In this document: positions 21,119 through 30,023 of the stretch, piece after piece
Layout of the letters: every line of letters begins with the position of its first letter
Numbering within the stretch: the first letter of the stretch is position 1
DNA from: an uncultured Candidatus Saccharibacteria bacterium
GTDB taxonomy: Bacteria; Patescibacteriota; Minisyncoccia; Phycocordibacterales; CAYSCM01
DNA length: 64,000 nt
Assembly (NCBI GenBank): GCA_964429815.1
Contig: CAYSCM010000001.1
Span: 96,001-160,000, forward strand
Direction of reading: 5' to 3'
Translations under genes and position numbers: made by a program
The notes under the pieces: model-generated
The model's database searches: none
What the model was told of the DNA's origin: nothing
Seen by the model: only the letters and a program-made list of their open reading frames with translations

Positions 21119-22195
21119 TCAGGCCCGGTACGGTTGGTGGTGATGGAGCTTGTCGAGCTCGACGTCTTTTTTCTTCTGTATGTCGCTCACGAATTCCTGA
21201 AGGGCCGCCGCGATGGGAACGGAGAGGAGCACCCCGAGGAACCCGGCGAGCTCTCCGCCGATGAGGAGCGCGAGGATTACCAGAAGCGGCGGGACCCCGA
21301 CGACCTTGCGCACGACGAGCGGATAGATGAGATGGCTCTCGAACTGCTGCACGATGAGGTAGAGACCCGCGGTGAGAAGAGCATGTGTGACTCCGCCGGA
21401 GACTCCCGCTATCGCGATGCCCGGGATGGCGCCAATGATGGGGCCGAAGATCGGAATGAGCTCGCAGATCGCCGAAATGACTGCCAGCGCGAGCGCATAC
21501 TTCACATCAAGAATGGTGAGGCCAAGGTAGACGAATACCGCGACGATGAGAGCGAGGATTATCTGCCCTTGCATCCAGCGGCCGATCTTGCGCTGGGAGC
21601 GACGCCAGAGATCTATGACGTAGTCCTGGTGCTCGACCGGCGTCACGACCCGCAGGAAATCATCGATGCCAGTCTCTTGGACCGCGAAGTAGAACGAAAA
21701 GACGATGATGAGGATGAACGAGAAGACGCCGCCGAAAAAGCCGGATACGGTGCGTATGAAGCCACCGGAGAGATTAGACAGCGAATCCTGCACGTTCTTG
21801 ATGATGTCAGGAAGCGATAGAGACTGGGCAACCGCATGCGATTGAGCTATGGCCTGCGAGGGCAAAACTGAGGAAAGATCGAAGGTATCTATGAGGTGCG
21901 GCACGAAACTGAGGAAATTGAGAAAGTCGCCGAGGACCGCCGGAACGAAGAGATAGAAAACACCGAAGATGATGGCCAGGACGATGAGGTAGACGAGGAG
22001 TACTGAGAAAACCCGAGGGATTTTGTAGCGCATGAACCAGTGCGCCGCCGGTTCTATCGACGAAGCAAGAACGATGGAGGTTAGAACGATGAGGACGAGG
22101 TTTCTCAGATAAAAGAGCGCGGCAATAAGGAGCAGGAGGAGAATGGTTCGCAGGACGGTCCCAAACGATATAGAGACGGAGATGTGCTTTTCCAT
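21119..22195 (-). CDS. AI-2E family (PerM/UPF0118) transporter
   Basis: 8 TM helices with the family-typical …IIGAIPGIAIAGVSGG…LIVQQFESHLIYPLVVRKVVGVPPLLVILALLIGGELAGFLGVLLSVP…. Start at MEKHIS. Confidence 0.7.
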   Translation of the reverse strand: MEKHISVSISFGTVLRTILLLLLIAALFYLRNLVLIVLTSIVLASSIEPAAHWFMRYKIPRVFSVLLVYLIVLAIIFGVFYLFVPAVLGDFLNFLSFVPHLIDTFDLSSVLPSQAIAQSHAVAQSLSLPDIIKNVQDSLSNLSGGFIRTVSGFFGGVFSFILIIVFSFYFAVQETGIDDFLRVVTPVEHQDYVIDLWRRSQRKIGRWMQGQIILALIVAVFVYLGLTILDVKYALALAVISAICELIPIFGPIIGAIPGIAIAGVSGGVTHALLTAGLYLIVQQFESHLIYPLVVRKVVGVPPLLVILALLIGGELAGFLGVLLSVPIAAALQEFVSDIQKKKDVELDKLHHHQPYRA

Positions 22196-22217
22196 TCCTC
22201 CTATAGTACCACTTCCG

Positions 22218-23516
22218 CTAACGCGGCAGCGTTTTCCCGAGCGAATCCGTGGAAGTGCGGGTCTGGGCGCCCGAGTCACGCTCTCGCACCGTGACGGTAC
22301 CGTCTTCAAGCGTCTGAAAGTCCACGGTGACACAGGAGGGGGTCCCTATTTCGTCCTGTCGGCGGTAGCGCTTCCCAATGTTGCCATTATCATCCCAGAG
22401 AATTTGCGGAATGTCTTTCTTGAGCGTATCGAAAATTTCGCGTGCGCGTCGGACAAGCTCCGGCTTATTTTTGAGAAGTGGAAAGACCGCAGCTTTTACC
22501 GGCGCAACGGAAGGTTTGAGCGCCAGGTAGACGCGCTTCTCCCCTCCGAGCTCGTCCTCGCGATAGGCACTGGAGAGAACCGCAAGCACCGTGCGACCGA
22601 GCCCGAAGGTGGGCTCGATGACGTGAGGCATAAAGCGTTCTTTCGTTTCTTCGTCGAGGAAGGTGAGGTCGACGCCGCTTTCGGCTTGGTGGTTTTTTAG
22701 GTCGTAGTCGGTTCGGTACGCAAGCCCGTAGAGTTCTTTACGGCCAAAAGGAAAATCGAACTCAAAGTCGATGGTGCGCTTGCTGTAGTGTGCGCGATCC
22801 CCGGGCGCGACCTCGAGCTCATGGACCTTCCCCGTGTCAATGCCGACTCCCTCCATCCACGACCACATTTCCGTGCGCCAGTATTCAAAGTGCTTCTCCC
22901 ACTCGCTCTCGCGTATAAAATACTCGAATTCCATTAGGTCGAACTCACGAACACGGAACAAAAAGTCGCGCGGCGCTATTTCGTTGCGAAACGCTCTTCC
23001 GGCCTGCGCAATACCAAAGGGGAGCTTCGGGTGGAACGAGTCTATGACGTTCTTGAAATTGACGAACATGCCCTGCGCTATCTCGCCGCGCAGGTAGCCG
23101 CGGCCCCCCGTTCCTGCTGCTCCCATATCGACCGGAAAGAGGAGGTTAAACATCTTGCTCTCCTCGAGCGAGCCGTCGCACTCCGGACATTTTTTAGGAT
23201 CTGCGAGTTGGTCGGCACGGAAGCGACGTTTACACTTCTTGCACTCGACCATCGGGTCGGCAAAACCCGCGAGGTGTCCGCTCGCCTTCCACACAGCCTC
23301 AGGCATGATGACACTGCTGTCGAGGCCATACATGTCCTGTCGACCCTCGACGAAGCGGCGCCACCAGAGATTCTCGATATTTTTCTTAAGCGCGACGCCA
23401 AGCGGCCCGTAGTCCCAGGTTCCGGAGAGCCCGCCGTAGATTTCTGAACCTTGATAAACAAAACCGCGGCGTTTGCTGAGAGATACTATCTTCTCCAAGA
23501 GGTCGTGGTCGGCCAT
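22218..23516 (-). CDS. glyQS: glycyl-tRNA synthetase, class II dimeric (archaeal/eukaryal-like) type
   Basis: …RRGFVYQGSEIYGGLSGTWDYGPLGV…, class II motif 2 region (…FGIAQAGRAFRNEIAPRDFLFRVREFDLMEFEYF…), C-terminal anticodon-binding domain. Start at MADHDLL. Confidence 0.9.
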   Translation of the reverse strand: MADHDLLEKIVSLSKRRGFVYQGSEIYGGLSGTWDYGPLGVALKKNIENLWWRRFVEGRQDMYGLDSSVIMPEAVWKASGHLAGFADPMVECKKCKRRFRADQLADPKKCPECDGSLEESKMFNLLFPVDMGAAGTGGRGYLRGEIAQGMFVNFKNVIDSFHPKLPFGIAQAGRAFRNEIAPRDFLFRVREFDLMEFEYFIRESEWEKHFEYWRTEMWSWMEGVGIDTGKVHELEVAPGDRAHYSKRTIDFEFDFPFGRKELYGLAYRTDYDLKNHQAESGVDLTFLDEETKERFMPHVIEPTFGLGRTVLAVLSSAYREDELGGEKRVYLALKPSVAPVKAAVFPLLKNKPELVRRAREIFDTLKKDIPQILWDDNGNIGKRYRRQDEIGTPSCVTVDFQTLEDGTVTVRERDSGAQTRTSTDSLGKTLPR

Positions 23517-23520
23517 AGTC

Positions 23521-25386
23521 TTATGGTTGTACCACTCCTGCCGCTCCCGAACCACCTGCGCCTTGCGTTGTGAGGGCGGAAGCGGTTGCCGAGACGTTCG
23601 AGCCCGTGAAGCGGTCGACACCCGAGAGAGACTGCTCCCCTACCAGGGTCGGCATCGAGCCGACCTGACTGCTACTTGGCGTGAAGGAGATATCGAACAC
23701 CGCCTGCTGCAGTGCGCTACCCGCGGCGAGATTATCGATCTGCCATGTCACCATACCTCCTACCTGACTGTAGGAAACGGCACTACTGCCGCTGCCGACG
23801 TACGCAACGTACGAAGGAAGAGCGGCGGTGACACGCGCATCCCCGACCTGGTTTGCGGAATTTTTCGCGATGAGCGTTACGCGATAGCGGCTTTCCGTGT
23901 TCGCTTTGGGTAAAGCAGGACCGGAGAGCATCGAGATGGATGAGGTAAGCGAGAGATCTGAGGATATTTTGACCATGCGGGTGAGCGAAGCCTCGACGCT
24001 CTCCGGGACATTTTGCTCCGAGAGCCGGCTCCCCTGTGCGGAGACCGAAAGCTTTATCTGCGGATTACGTAGCCCCCCGGAGAGAACGACGGGGGAGAAA
24101 CTGAACGAGAAGTGCCCTGATTGGCCAGGCGCGATAGAGACAAGCTCCGCGCTCGTGTCGCGGTTCCAGAGGATGGTATTGTCCGAGCTTCGATAAAAGC
24201 CCTCCTCCGAGATGATGCTCCCCGGATTGAGCCCGGCACCGGAGAACGAGAGCGCTATTTGCCCGTCGGTAATGGGCACAGTGAGGTTGTTGTTCCAAGT
24301 GAGGTCGCCGCGGATCATCGCTCCCGGGGTGGCGACGTAAGGATCGCTCGAAGCGCCATTGAGTGCGAGGTCTATCGATATGAACGGCTTCTTGACCGTG
24401 ACCGATTGGGAAACATCCGTGAAAGCCGCTTTCAACGAGCGCTCATCGGTATCGCTCTGAAGCCCCGCCTGGAAACGGAACAGGCGCTCTTCGCTATCCT
24501 GCCCCTGGAGAACACCAGTGAGTGTCACGCTTTTTTTATCCCCAGGCGTCAGCGTCCCAAGGTTCCATACCGTGCTGCCGTAGGTCGCCCGTGGAGAGGC
24601 GGAGGTGAATGTGAAGCCGAAGGGGTAGGTGGCGTTGAGGAGGACGTTCTGAAGTGGCGTCTGTGAGTTGCTCGTCACATCAACCGTGAAAGAGAGAGCT
24701 TGGCCCGAGACCGTTTCCGTCGGGGCTTTGACCGTAATGGAGAGCGGTGAGGACGAGAGGAGAACAGGATATACCACGTCCTTGTAGAAGATGGCGTTGC
24801 TTCCCTCGACACGATACTCGACCGTGATCTTAATGTCTTTCTCTGAGCGCTCCTGTCCGAAGAGGACGGCATGAATGGTCTTTTGAGCGCTCCCTCCCGG
24901 AGCGATATCCCCTATCGAGAGCCGGTCGCGCGAGAGTTCGACCCCGATATTCCCTGAGGTACGCGTACCGTCCGGGTACTCGACGATGAGGTCCGCGAGC
25001 TGGATGGGTGTCGCGTTGGCGTTCCTCACGCTCACCTGGAGGGTGAGCTCATCGCCGCCGGAAATTGTGGTGGGTCCGGCAATATCGATGGCCAAGTTTT
25101 GGGCCGAGACTACGTTACCGCCGCGCAGATAGAAGAACGCACCGAAGGCGACCGCGAGAGCGAAGAACGCCACCGATAGGATGAGGACGGTAGCGGGACG
25201 GAAATAACGTGAACGCTCCGCACGGGAAATGACGTCGGCGACCGGGGCCGAGAGGTCCGTGTGGCTCCACGTGCGCGGCGTAGACTCGTCATGTTGGTAG
25301 AGCACTCGCCGCTCACGGGTGAGCTGCGGCTCCTCACGCGAGTAGAGCTTCTTCTTGAGCTTATCGATGCTTCCCTCGGGCTCCAT
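23521..25386 (-). CDS. membrane-anchored surface protein with repeated beta-sandwich (CARDB/DUF11-like) modules
   Basis: Cytoplasmic N-tail, one TM helix, then ~530 aa of Ser/Thr-rich beta-rich repeats (…LSITVKAPTETVSGQALSFTVDVTSNSQTPLQNVLLNATYP…). Confidence 0.55.
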   Translation of the reverse strand: MEPEGSIDKLKKKLYSREEPQLTRERRVLYQHDESTPRTWSHTDLSAPVADVISRAERSRYFRPATVLILSVAFFALAVAFGAFFYLRGGNVVSAQNLAIDIAGPTTISGGDELTLQVSVRNANATPIQLADLIVEYPDGTRTSGNIGVELSRDRLSIGDIAPGGSAQKTIHAVLFGQERSEKDIKITVEYRVEGSNAIFYKDVVYPVLLSSSPLSITVKAPTETVSGQALSFTVDVTSNSQTPLQNVLLNATYPFGFTFTSASPRATYGSTVWNLGTLTPGDKKSVTLTGVLQGQDSEERLFRFQAGLQSDTDERSLKAAFTDVSQSVTVKKPFISIDLALNGASSDPYVATPGAMIRGDLTWNNNLTVPITDGQIALSFSGAGLNPGSIISEEGFYRSSDNTILWNRDTSAELVSIAPGQSGHFSFSFSPVVLSGGLRNPQIKLSVSAQGSRLSEQNVPESVEASLTRMVKISSDLSLTSSISMLSGPALPKANTESRYRVTLIAKNSANQVGDARVTAALPSYVAYVGSGSSAVSYSQVGGMVTWQIDNLAAGSALQQAVFDISFTPSSSQVGSMPTLVGEQSLSGVDRFTGSNVSATASALTTQGAGGSGAAGVVQP

Positions 25387-25407
25387 TTCAAACAGTATAT
25401 CGCGATT

Positions 25408-25998
25408 TCAAAGCTGCGTTTGGGCAAGGACTTCGTTGACGAGCTTCACCGCAGCAGGACGATCAGGGATGAACTCCCGACAAAGCCCTCGCTCGAGTAC
25501 GCCTGTGAGATAGCGCTGCCACTGCGGTTTCGGAAGACGATAGCCAAGCTCGGAGAACACGCGTAGTACGAGGATGCTCTCAAAGGCTTTGAGCTCCTCC
25601 AGCTCAAGGGGAAGGTCTGGAAGAAGGGTGAATGCGTCGACGATAGTGTCGAAAAGGGGCGTATTTTGTTCCTCGCCAGCGACGAGACGACCAAGAAGGC
25701 GCATCACGCTAGCGACGAGACGCATTTTGTCAGGAAAGTCCTTGAGGCTTCGGTAGAGGCTCAGCTCGGCGGACGCGCCCCGAACTCTCCAGACGCCGCG
25801 CCCGCGCACGAGCGTTACATCAATGAGCGAGAACGGTTCGAGTGCAAAGCGCAGCTTCGAGCGTGCCTCGCGCACGCTCGCGCCGACGGCACGTAGGAGA
25901 CCGCACTCACGAGTGAAAAGCTCTACGAGGCGATCTGATTCGCGCAGCGGATGCGCACGCAGGACGAGCGCGCGTGTTTGGATCGCAAGGACGGCCAT
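25408..25998 (-). CDS. recO: DNA repair protein RecO (short form)
   Basis: N-terminal OB fold (…RALVLRAHPLRESDRLVELFTRECGLLRAVGASVREARSKLRFALEPFSL…). The C-terminal domain lacks an obvious Zn finger. Confidence 0.7.
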   Translation of the reverse strand: MAVLAIQTRALVLRAHPLRESDRLVELFTRECGLLRAVGASVREARSKLRFALEPFSLIDVTLVRGRGVWRVRGASAELSLYRSLKDFPDKMRLVASVMRLLGRLVAGEEQNTPLFDTIVDAFTLLPDLPLELEELKAFESILVLRVFSELGYRLPKPQWQRYLTGVLERGLCREFIPDRPAAVKLVNEVLAQTQL

Positions 25999-25999
25999 A

Positions 26000-28900
26000 T
26001 CAAAGTTTCGCTATCGCGATGTACACCGCTCCTGCGTCGAGTTCCACCGTATCTCCTGCGATGTCGGGCTCGAAGCGCACGTCCATGGCCCCGGTCTCGA
26101 GCTTAAGCTGGGAGAGGTACTCTTCGACGAGGTTTCGTCCGGGGGAATCCGCCCGCACGTTGATGAGGATGCGATCATTGGGTTTGAGGGCGAGTTCCTT
26201 GCGGGAATCCTGGATGGCGCGTACAAGTTCGCGAAAATCGCCTTCCCGCATAAGTTCCTTCGTGAGCGTGGTGTCGAGAGAAACGGGTTCCAAAAGCTTC
26301 TGGTCAACGAGGAATTTTTTGACATTAAGTTCTTCCTCAATAATGGAAAAAAACTCTGCGGGAATACGTTCCCGAGCGGTGAGTGAGGAGAGCGGTTGAC
26401 GCACCCGAATACCCACTTTCGCACGAGCCTCGAGACCGGCAGTCACGACGTCGCGAACCTCCTTCATCTGAGCAAGGAGCGTGAAATCGACATCGCCTGC
26501 CTTTGGCCATTCGAGAAGATGAACACTCTCCCCCTGCGCACCTACCGCAAGATGAATCTCTTCCGCAATGAAAGGCATGAGCGGGGCGACGAGCTTTGCG
26601 ACGATCGAGAGCGCCTCGCGTTGTCCTGCAAGCGCAAAGCGCTTGTCCGCCGCGTCAGTGCCTTTCACGCGCTCCCGAGAGCGGCGCAGGTACCACGTCG
26701 AATAGTCCTCGATAAACGCTCGTAGACTCCGACAGGCGCGCGGCGTATCGTAGCGCTCAAACGCGTCTGCCACTTCAGCCGTCGTCTCGTCGAGGCGCGC
26801 AAACATCCAGCGGTCGAGAATGTTGCGGCTTTGCCGAGCGTTCGTGGTGCGGTCGTCCTCTTTCCCGTACAGCTCGTAGAACTTGAGACAGTTCCGTAGC
26901 ATACCAACGACGCGATTATGGATGTCGCGCACGTCCTCGTCGCGGAATTGAATGTCTTCCGATTGCATGACGACGGAGCCCATGAGGTAGAAACGATACG
27001 CGTCAGCGCCGTAGCGATCGAGGAGCGTGAGCGGATCGGTGTAGTTGCCTTTCGACTTGCTCATTTTGTTGCCGTCCGCGGCCAGGATGTTCCCCGTCGA
27101 GACGACGTTTTTGAAGGAGGTACGCCCAAAGAGCGCGACCGCGACCGCGTGCATGTAGTAAAACCACGTGCGTGTCTGCGCGATGTACTCGGCGATAAAA
27201 TCGGCTGGGTAGCCACGGCGTCGACGCAAGAATCCGCTGCGTGGCTCGAAATGCGGGAGAGCGGAGCCGAGGTAGTGACTCTGGGCGAACGGCATCGAGC
27301 CGCTTTCGACCCAGCAGTCTATGACCTCGGGAATGCGCTCATACTCGCGTCCTTCCGCGTCGAGGAGCGTTAGGGTGTCGGTGTAGGGCCTGTGGAGGTC
27401 TATTTCGAACGCCTCATCGTGCGGCAGCGGCTTGAACGCAAAGACCTTAAACTCCGCGTTGTCGAGCCAGACGGCATCAAAACGGCCGACCTCGGAAGCG
27501 GTACGCGGTATAGAATTGCCGTGCACGAGCGCGTGAAGCTCTCGCAACGGCGATTCGTGCGAGACGATAAGGATGTTCTTCTTCGCGTAGCGTTGGTCGA
27601 CGTCGTAGATGAAGCGCCCTACCCGTACTCGTACATCGGTATAGTTTTCGCCGCCATCCGGCCGCTTCACGTACGCGACAGAAAATTCCCCGTAGAATTG
27701 GTGGTACGCCGAGACAGGTTTGCCGTCAAAAGTGCCTACGTTCACTTCGCTAAGGCGCTCATCGTAGATGATGTCGTTGGGAGAAATTCCCCACTGCTTC
27801 GCAAGAAGCTCCGCACTCTCTCGCGCACGCACGACGGGAGAAGCGAAGATGACGTCGGGCTTGTCGATGCGCGTACCTGCCTCACGGACCTGGAGCTCGC
27901 CGAGTTTCGTAAGATGATTATCCGCATCGGGGCGCGAGCTCACGAATCCCTCTTCGTTGCTCTTAGCCTGCCCATGGCGCATGATCGTGTAGCGATTCCC
28001 CGAGCCCTTTGCTCTTTCGCGAAGCTCGGCAAGAGAACCGATGACCAGTACGCGGGAACCCCCTTTCTCTTTCCAAATAGGAAGCGGCGATGCCCAGTAG
28101 CGATTGCGCGAGATGGTCCAATCGGGCGCGCTCTCGAGGATGTTCTTGAAGCGGCCGCGCTTCAGGTGCTCGGGAACCCAGGTTATCGTTTCGTTTTCGG
28201 AGAGCATCCTCTTCTTTATCTTTTGGATATTGATGAACCATGACGACACGGCGTTGTAGATGAGCGGCGTTCCGCAGCGGTAGCAGTGCGGGTAGGAGTG
28301 CGTATGCTGCTCCCGCGCGAAGAGGAGGCCACGTTTGTCGAGATCCGCCTTGATGTCTCCCTCGGCCTCCTTTATATAGCGCCCGTGGAGAAATTCCGGC
28401 ACGAGCTCGTTGTAGGCCGCCGATGGCGAGAGAAGCTGTATCATCGGGAGCCCCTCTTTCTGCCCTAGCGCAAAGTCATCCTCGCCGTACATGACGGCAG
28501 TATGGACGATCCCGGTCCCCTCCTTGGTCGAGACAAAATCAGCCGCGAGCACTTCGTGATGCTTCCCTGGGTGAGAGACGACCGGTGCCACCGCGTAGAG
28601 CGGCTCGTAGGTTATGCCGACGAGCTCGCTGCCTTTAAAGTCGCGCTCGGTGGAGTACGTCCGGCCGAGCGGAGCGAATGTTTTGTCGACGAGGTTTTTC
28701 GCGATGAGGTAGTGGGATCCTCCCGTCTCGGTAAAATTGAGTCCCTCCATCTCTTTCTTGCCTCGGTAGACCAGGCTGTAGTCGATGTCGGGCCCGACCG
28801 CAAGCGCGACGTTCCCCGGAAGCGTCCAGGGCGTCGTCGTCCACGCGAGGAGGTAGGTGTTCTCCGGAAGATTGTACGCGGTCGCGTTTGTTATTCTAAA

Positions 28901-29545
28901 GCGTACCGTTACCGCCTCCTCCGTGATGTCCTTGTAGGTGTGGTCCATCGCGATCTCAGCCTTAGCGAGCGGTGTTTCGCAGTGCGGACAGTACATGAGG
29001 ACACGCTTACCTTCGTAGAGAAGGCCTTTCCCGTTCATTTCCGAGAGCGCCCACCAAACGCTCTCGATGTAGTCGTTGTCCATCGTCTTGTAGGCGTCCT
29101 TGAACTCGACCCAGCGTCCGATGCGGTCCACGTAGCGCTCCCAATCGCTCGCGAACTGGAGCACGGAGGCACGCGCTTCGGCATTAAACTTAGCGACCCC
29201 TATTCTTTCAATGTCTTTCTTCGTTTTGAGGCCGAGCTTCTGCTCGATGAGCGTCTCGATAGGCAGCCCGTGGCAATCCCACCCCCACTGTCGAAGTACG
29301 CGGTAGCCGCGCATGGTCTTGTAGCGCGGGAATACATCTTTGACGACCGACGAGAGGAGGGATCCGTGGTGCGGAAGCCCGGTGGCGAACGGAGGGCCGT
29401 CATAGAAAATAAATTCCCCGCGGGGGGCGTCTTTTCCTTCGGATTTCTTGAAAATGCCGCGCTCTTTCCAGTATGCCAACACCTTCTCTTCCCGCGCCGC
29501 AGTATCGCTCTTTGCGGATTCGTGAGCCTTCATTGAGAGCTTCAT
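26000..29545 (-). CDS. ileS: isoleucyl-tRNA synthetase (type-2-like) with an inserted histidine-phosphatase (PGAM-like) domain
   Basis: HIGH region (…PPFATGLPHHGS…), CP1 editing domain (…WTTTPWTLPGNVALAV…), WTISRNRYWASPLPIW, KMSKSKGN, anticodon-binding domain. Between …VIGSLAELRERAKGSGN and DLHRPYTDTLTLLD…IPEVIDCWVESGSMP lies a ~200-aa block (approx. nt 27400-28000) with RHG (TIMRHGQAKSN) and SH (ILIVSHESPLREL) signatures of the histidine phosphatase superfamily. Start at 29545 or 29533. Confidence 0.9.
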   Translation of the reverse strand: MKLSMKAHESAKSDTAAREEKVLAYWKERGIFKKSEGKDAPRGEFIFYDGPPFATGLPHHGSLLSSVVKDVFPRYKTMRGYRVLRQWGWDCHGLPIETLIEQKLGLKTKKDIERIGVAKFNAEARASVLQFASDWERYVDRIGRWVEFKDAYKTMDNDYIESVWWALSEMNGKGLLYEGKRVLMYCPHCETPLAKAEIAMDHTYKDITEEAVTVRFRITNATAYNLPENTYLLAWTTTPWTLPGNVALAVGPDIDYSLVYRGKKEMEGLNFTETGGSHYLIAKNLVDKTFAPLGRTYSTERDFKGSELVGITYEPLYAVAPVVSHPGKHHEVLAADFVSTKEGTGIVHTAVMYGEDDFALGQKEGLPMIQLLSPSAAYNELVPEFLHGRYIKEAEGDIKADLDKRGLLFAREQHTHSYPHCYRCGTPLIYNAVSSWFINIQKIKKRMLSENETITWVPEHLKRGRFKNILESAPDWTISRNRYWASPLPIWKEKGGSRVLVIGSLAELRERAKGSGNRYTIMRHGQAKSNEEGFVSSRPDADNHLTKLGELQVREAGTRIDKPDVIFASPVVRARESAELLAKQWGISPNDIIYDERLSEVNVGTFDGKPVSAYHQFYGEFSVAYVKRPDGGENYTDVRVRVGRFIYDVDQRYAKKNILIVSHESPLRELHALVHGNSIPRTASEVGRFDAVWLDNAEFKVFAFKPLPHDEAFEIDLHRPYTDTLTLLDAEGREYERIPEVIDCWVESGSMPFAQSHYLGSALPHFEPRSGFLRRRRGYPADFIAEYIAQTRTWFYYMHAVAVALFGRTSFKNVVSTGNILAADGNKMSKSKGNYTDPLTLLDRYGADAYRFYLMGSVVMQSEDIQFRDEDVRDIHNRVVGMLRNCLKFYELYGKEDDRTTNARQSRNILDRWMFARLDETTAEVADAFERYDTPRACRSLRAFIEDYSTWYLRRSRERVKGTDAADKRFALAGQREALSIVAKLVAPLMPFIAEEIHLAVGAQGESVHLLEWPKAGDVDFTLLAQMKEVRDVVTAGLEARAKVGIRVRQPLSSLTARERIPAEFFSIIEEELNVKKFLVDQKLLEPVSLDTTLTKELMREGDFRELVRAIQDSRKELALKPNDRILINVRADSPGRNLVEEYLSQLKLETGAMDVRFEPDIAGDTVELDAGAVYIAIAKL

Positions 29546-29564
29546 TCTAGCCGCAATACGTGAA

Positions 29565-29597
29565 AGAAAAAAGCCGCCCCAGGGGTGCGGCGGCTTG
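29565..29597 (-). terminator. rho-independent terminator-like hairpin upstream of ileS
   Basis: AAGCCGCC…GGCGGCTT stem followed by a T-run on the minus strand, about 20 nt before the ileS start. Confidence 0.45.
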
Positions 29598-29629
29598 CGG
29601 GCCGACACTAGGGTGCCGGCCCGGGGACT

Positions 29630-29914
29630 CTAGGCAGATTCGGTGTAGGGGAGGCGAAGATCGAGATGGCCGTGATCGATGCAGCCCTGCCAACGAGCAA
29701 GCGCCGAGAAGCGCTCGCGAGTTTCGCGGTCCGCGTCATCAATGCCGGAGACCGGTATGGTACGCGCAACGCGCCTACCACAGGGAGTCGAAAGAACTTG
29801 TTTGCGCAGGATGCGGCTGGGGTTCAGTACGGCACGCAGCATGCGCTCGAGGTCGGCCGGGCTTTTAGCGTCGTTTTGGTAAAAAGACTCGGTCATGGGA
29901 ACCTCATATCGCAA
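29630..29914 (-). CDS. hypothetical protein (94 aa)
   Basis: ORF between argS and ileS; no motif recognised. Confidence 0.35.
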   Translation of the reverse strand: MRYEVPMTESFYQNDAKSPADLERMLRAVLNPSRILRKQVLSTPCGRRVARTIPVSGIDDADRETRERFSALARWQGCIDHGHLDLRLPYTESA

Positions 29915-30023
29915 GCTACTGTTCGCCCCAGGCTATCAGAAACGCCATGAACCGTTCGTGAACCGTCTCACGAATAAAGACCCTACGTGCAGCAAGGTTT
30001 CAACGTGACAGCAATGAACACCG

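Noticed and set aside
21071-21820. 249-aa plus-strand ORF
   Set aside because: Antisense to the AI-2E transporter. Acidic, low-complexity translation.
27392-29536. Plus-strand ORFs 27392..28243 (283 aa) and 28502..29536 (344 aa)
   Set aside because: Antisense to ileS, whose product has unmistakable IleRS motifs. The antisense translations are Arg/Asp-rich with no motifs.
29598-29640. TAGGGTGCCGGCCCGG resembling a T-box 'AGGGUGGNACCGCG' element upstream of ileS
   Set aside because: It is on the wrong strand relative to ileS and the leader is only ~85 nt. No specifier-loop architecture is possible, so this is a coincidental match.
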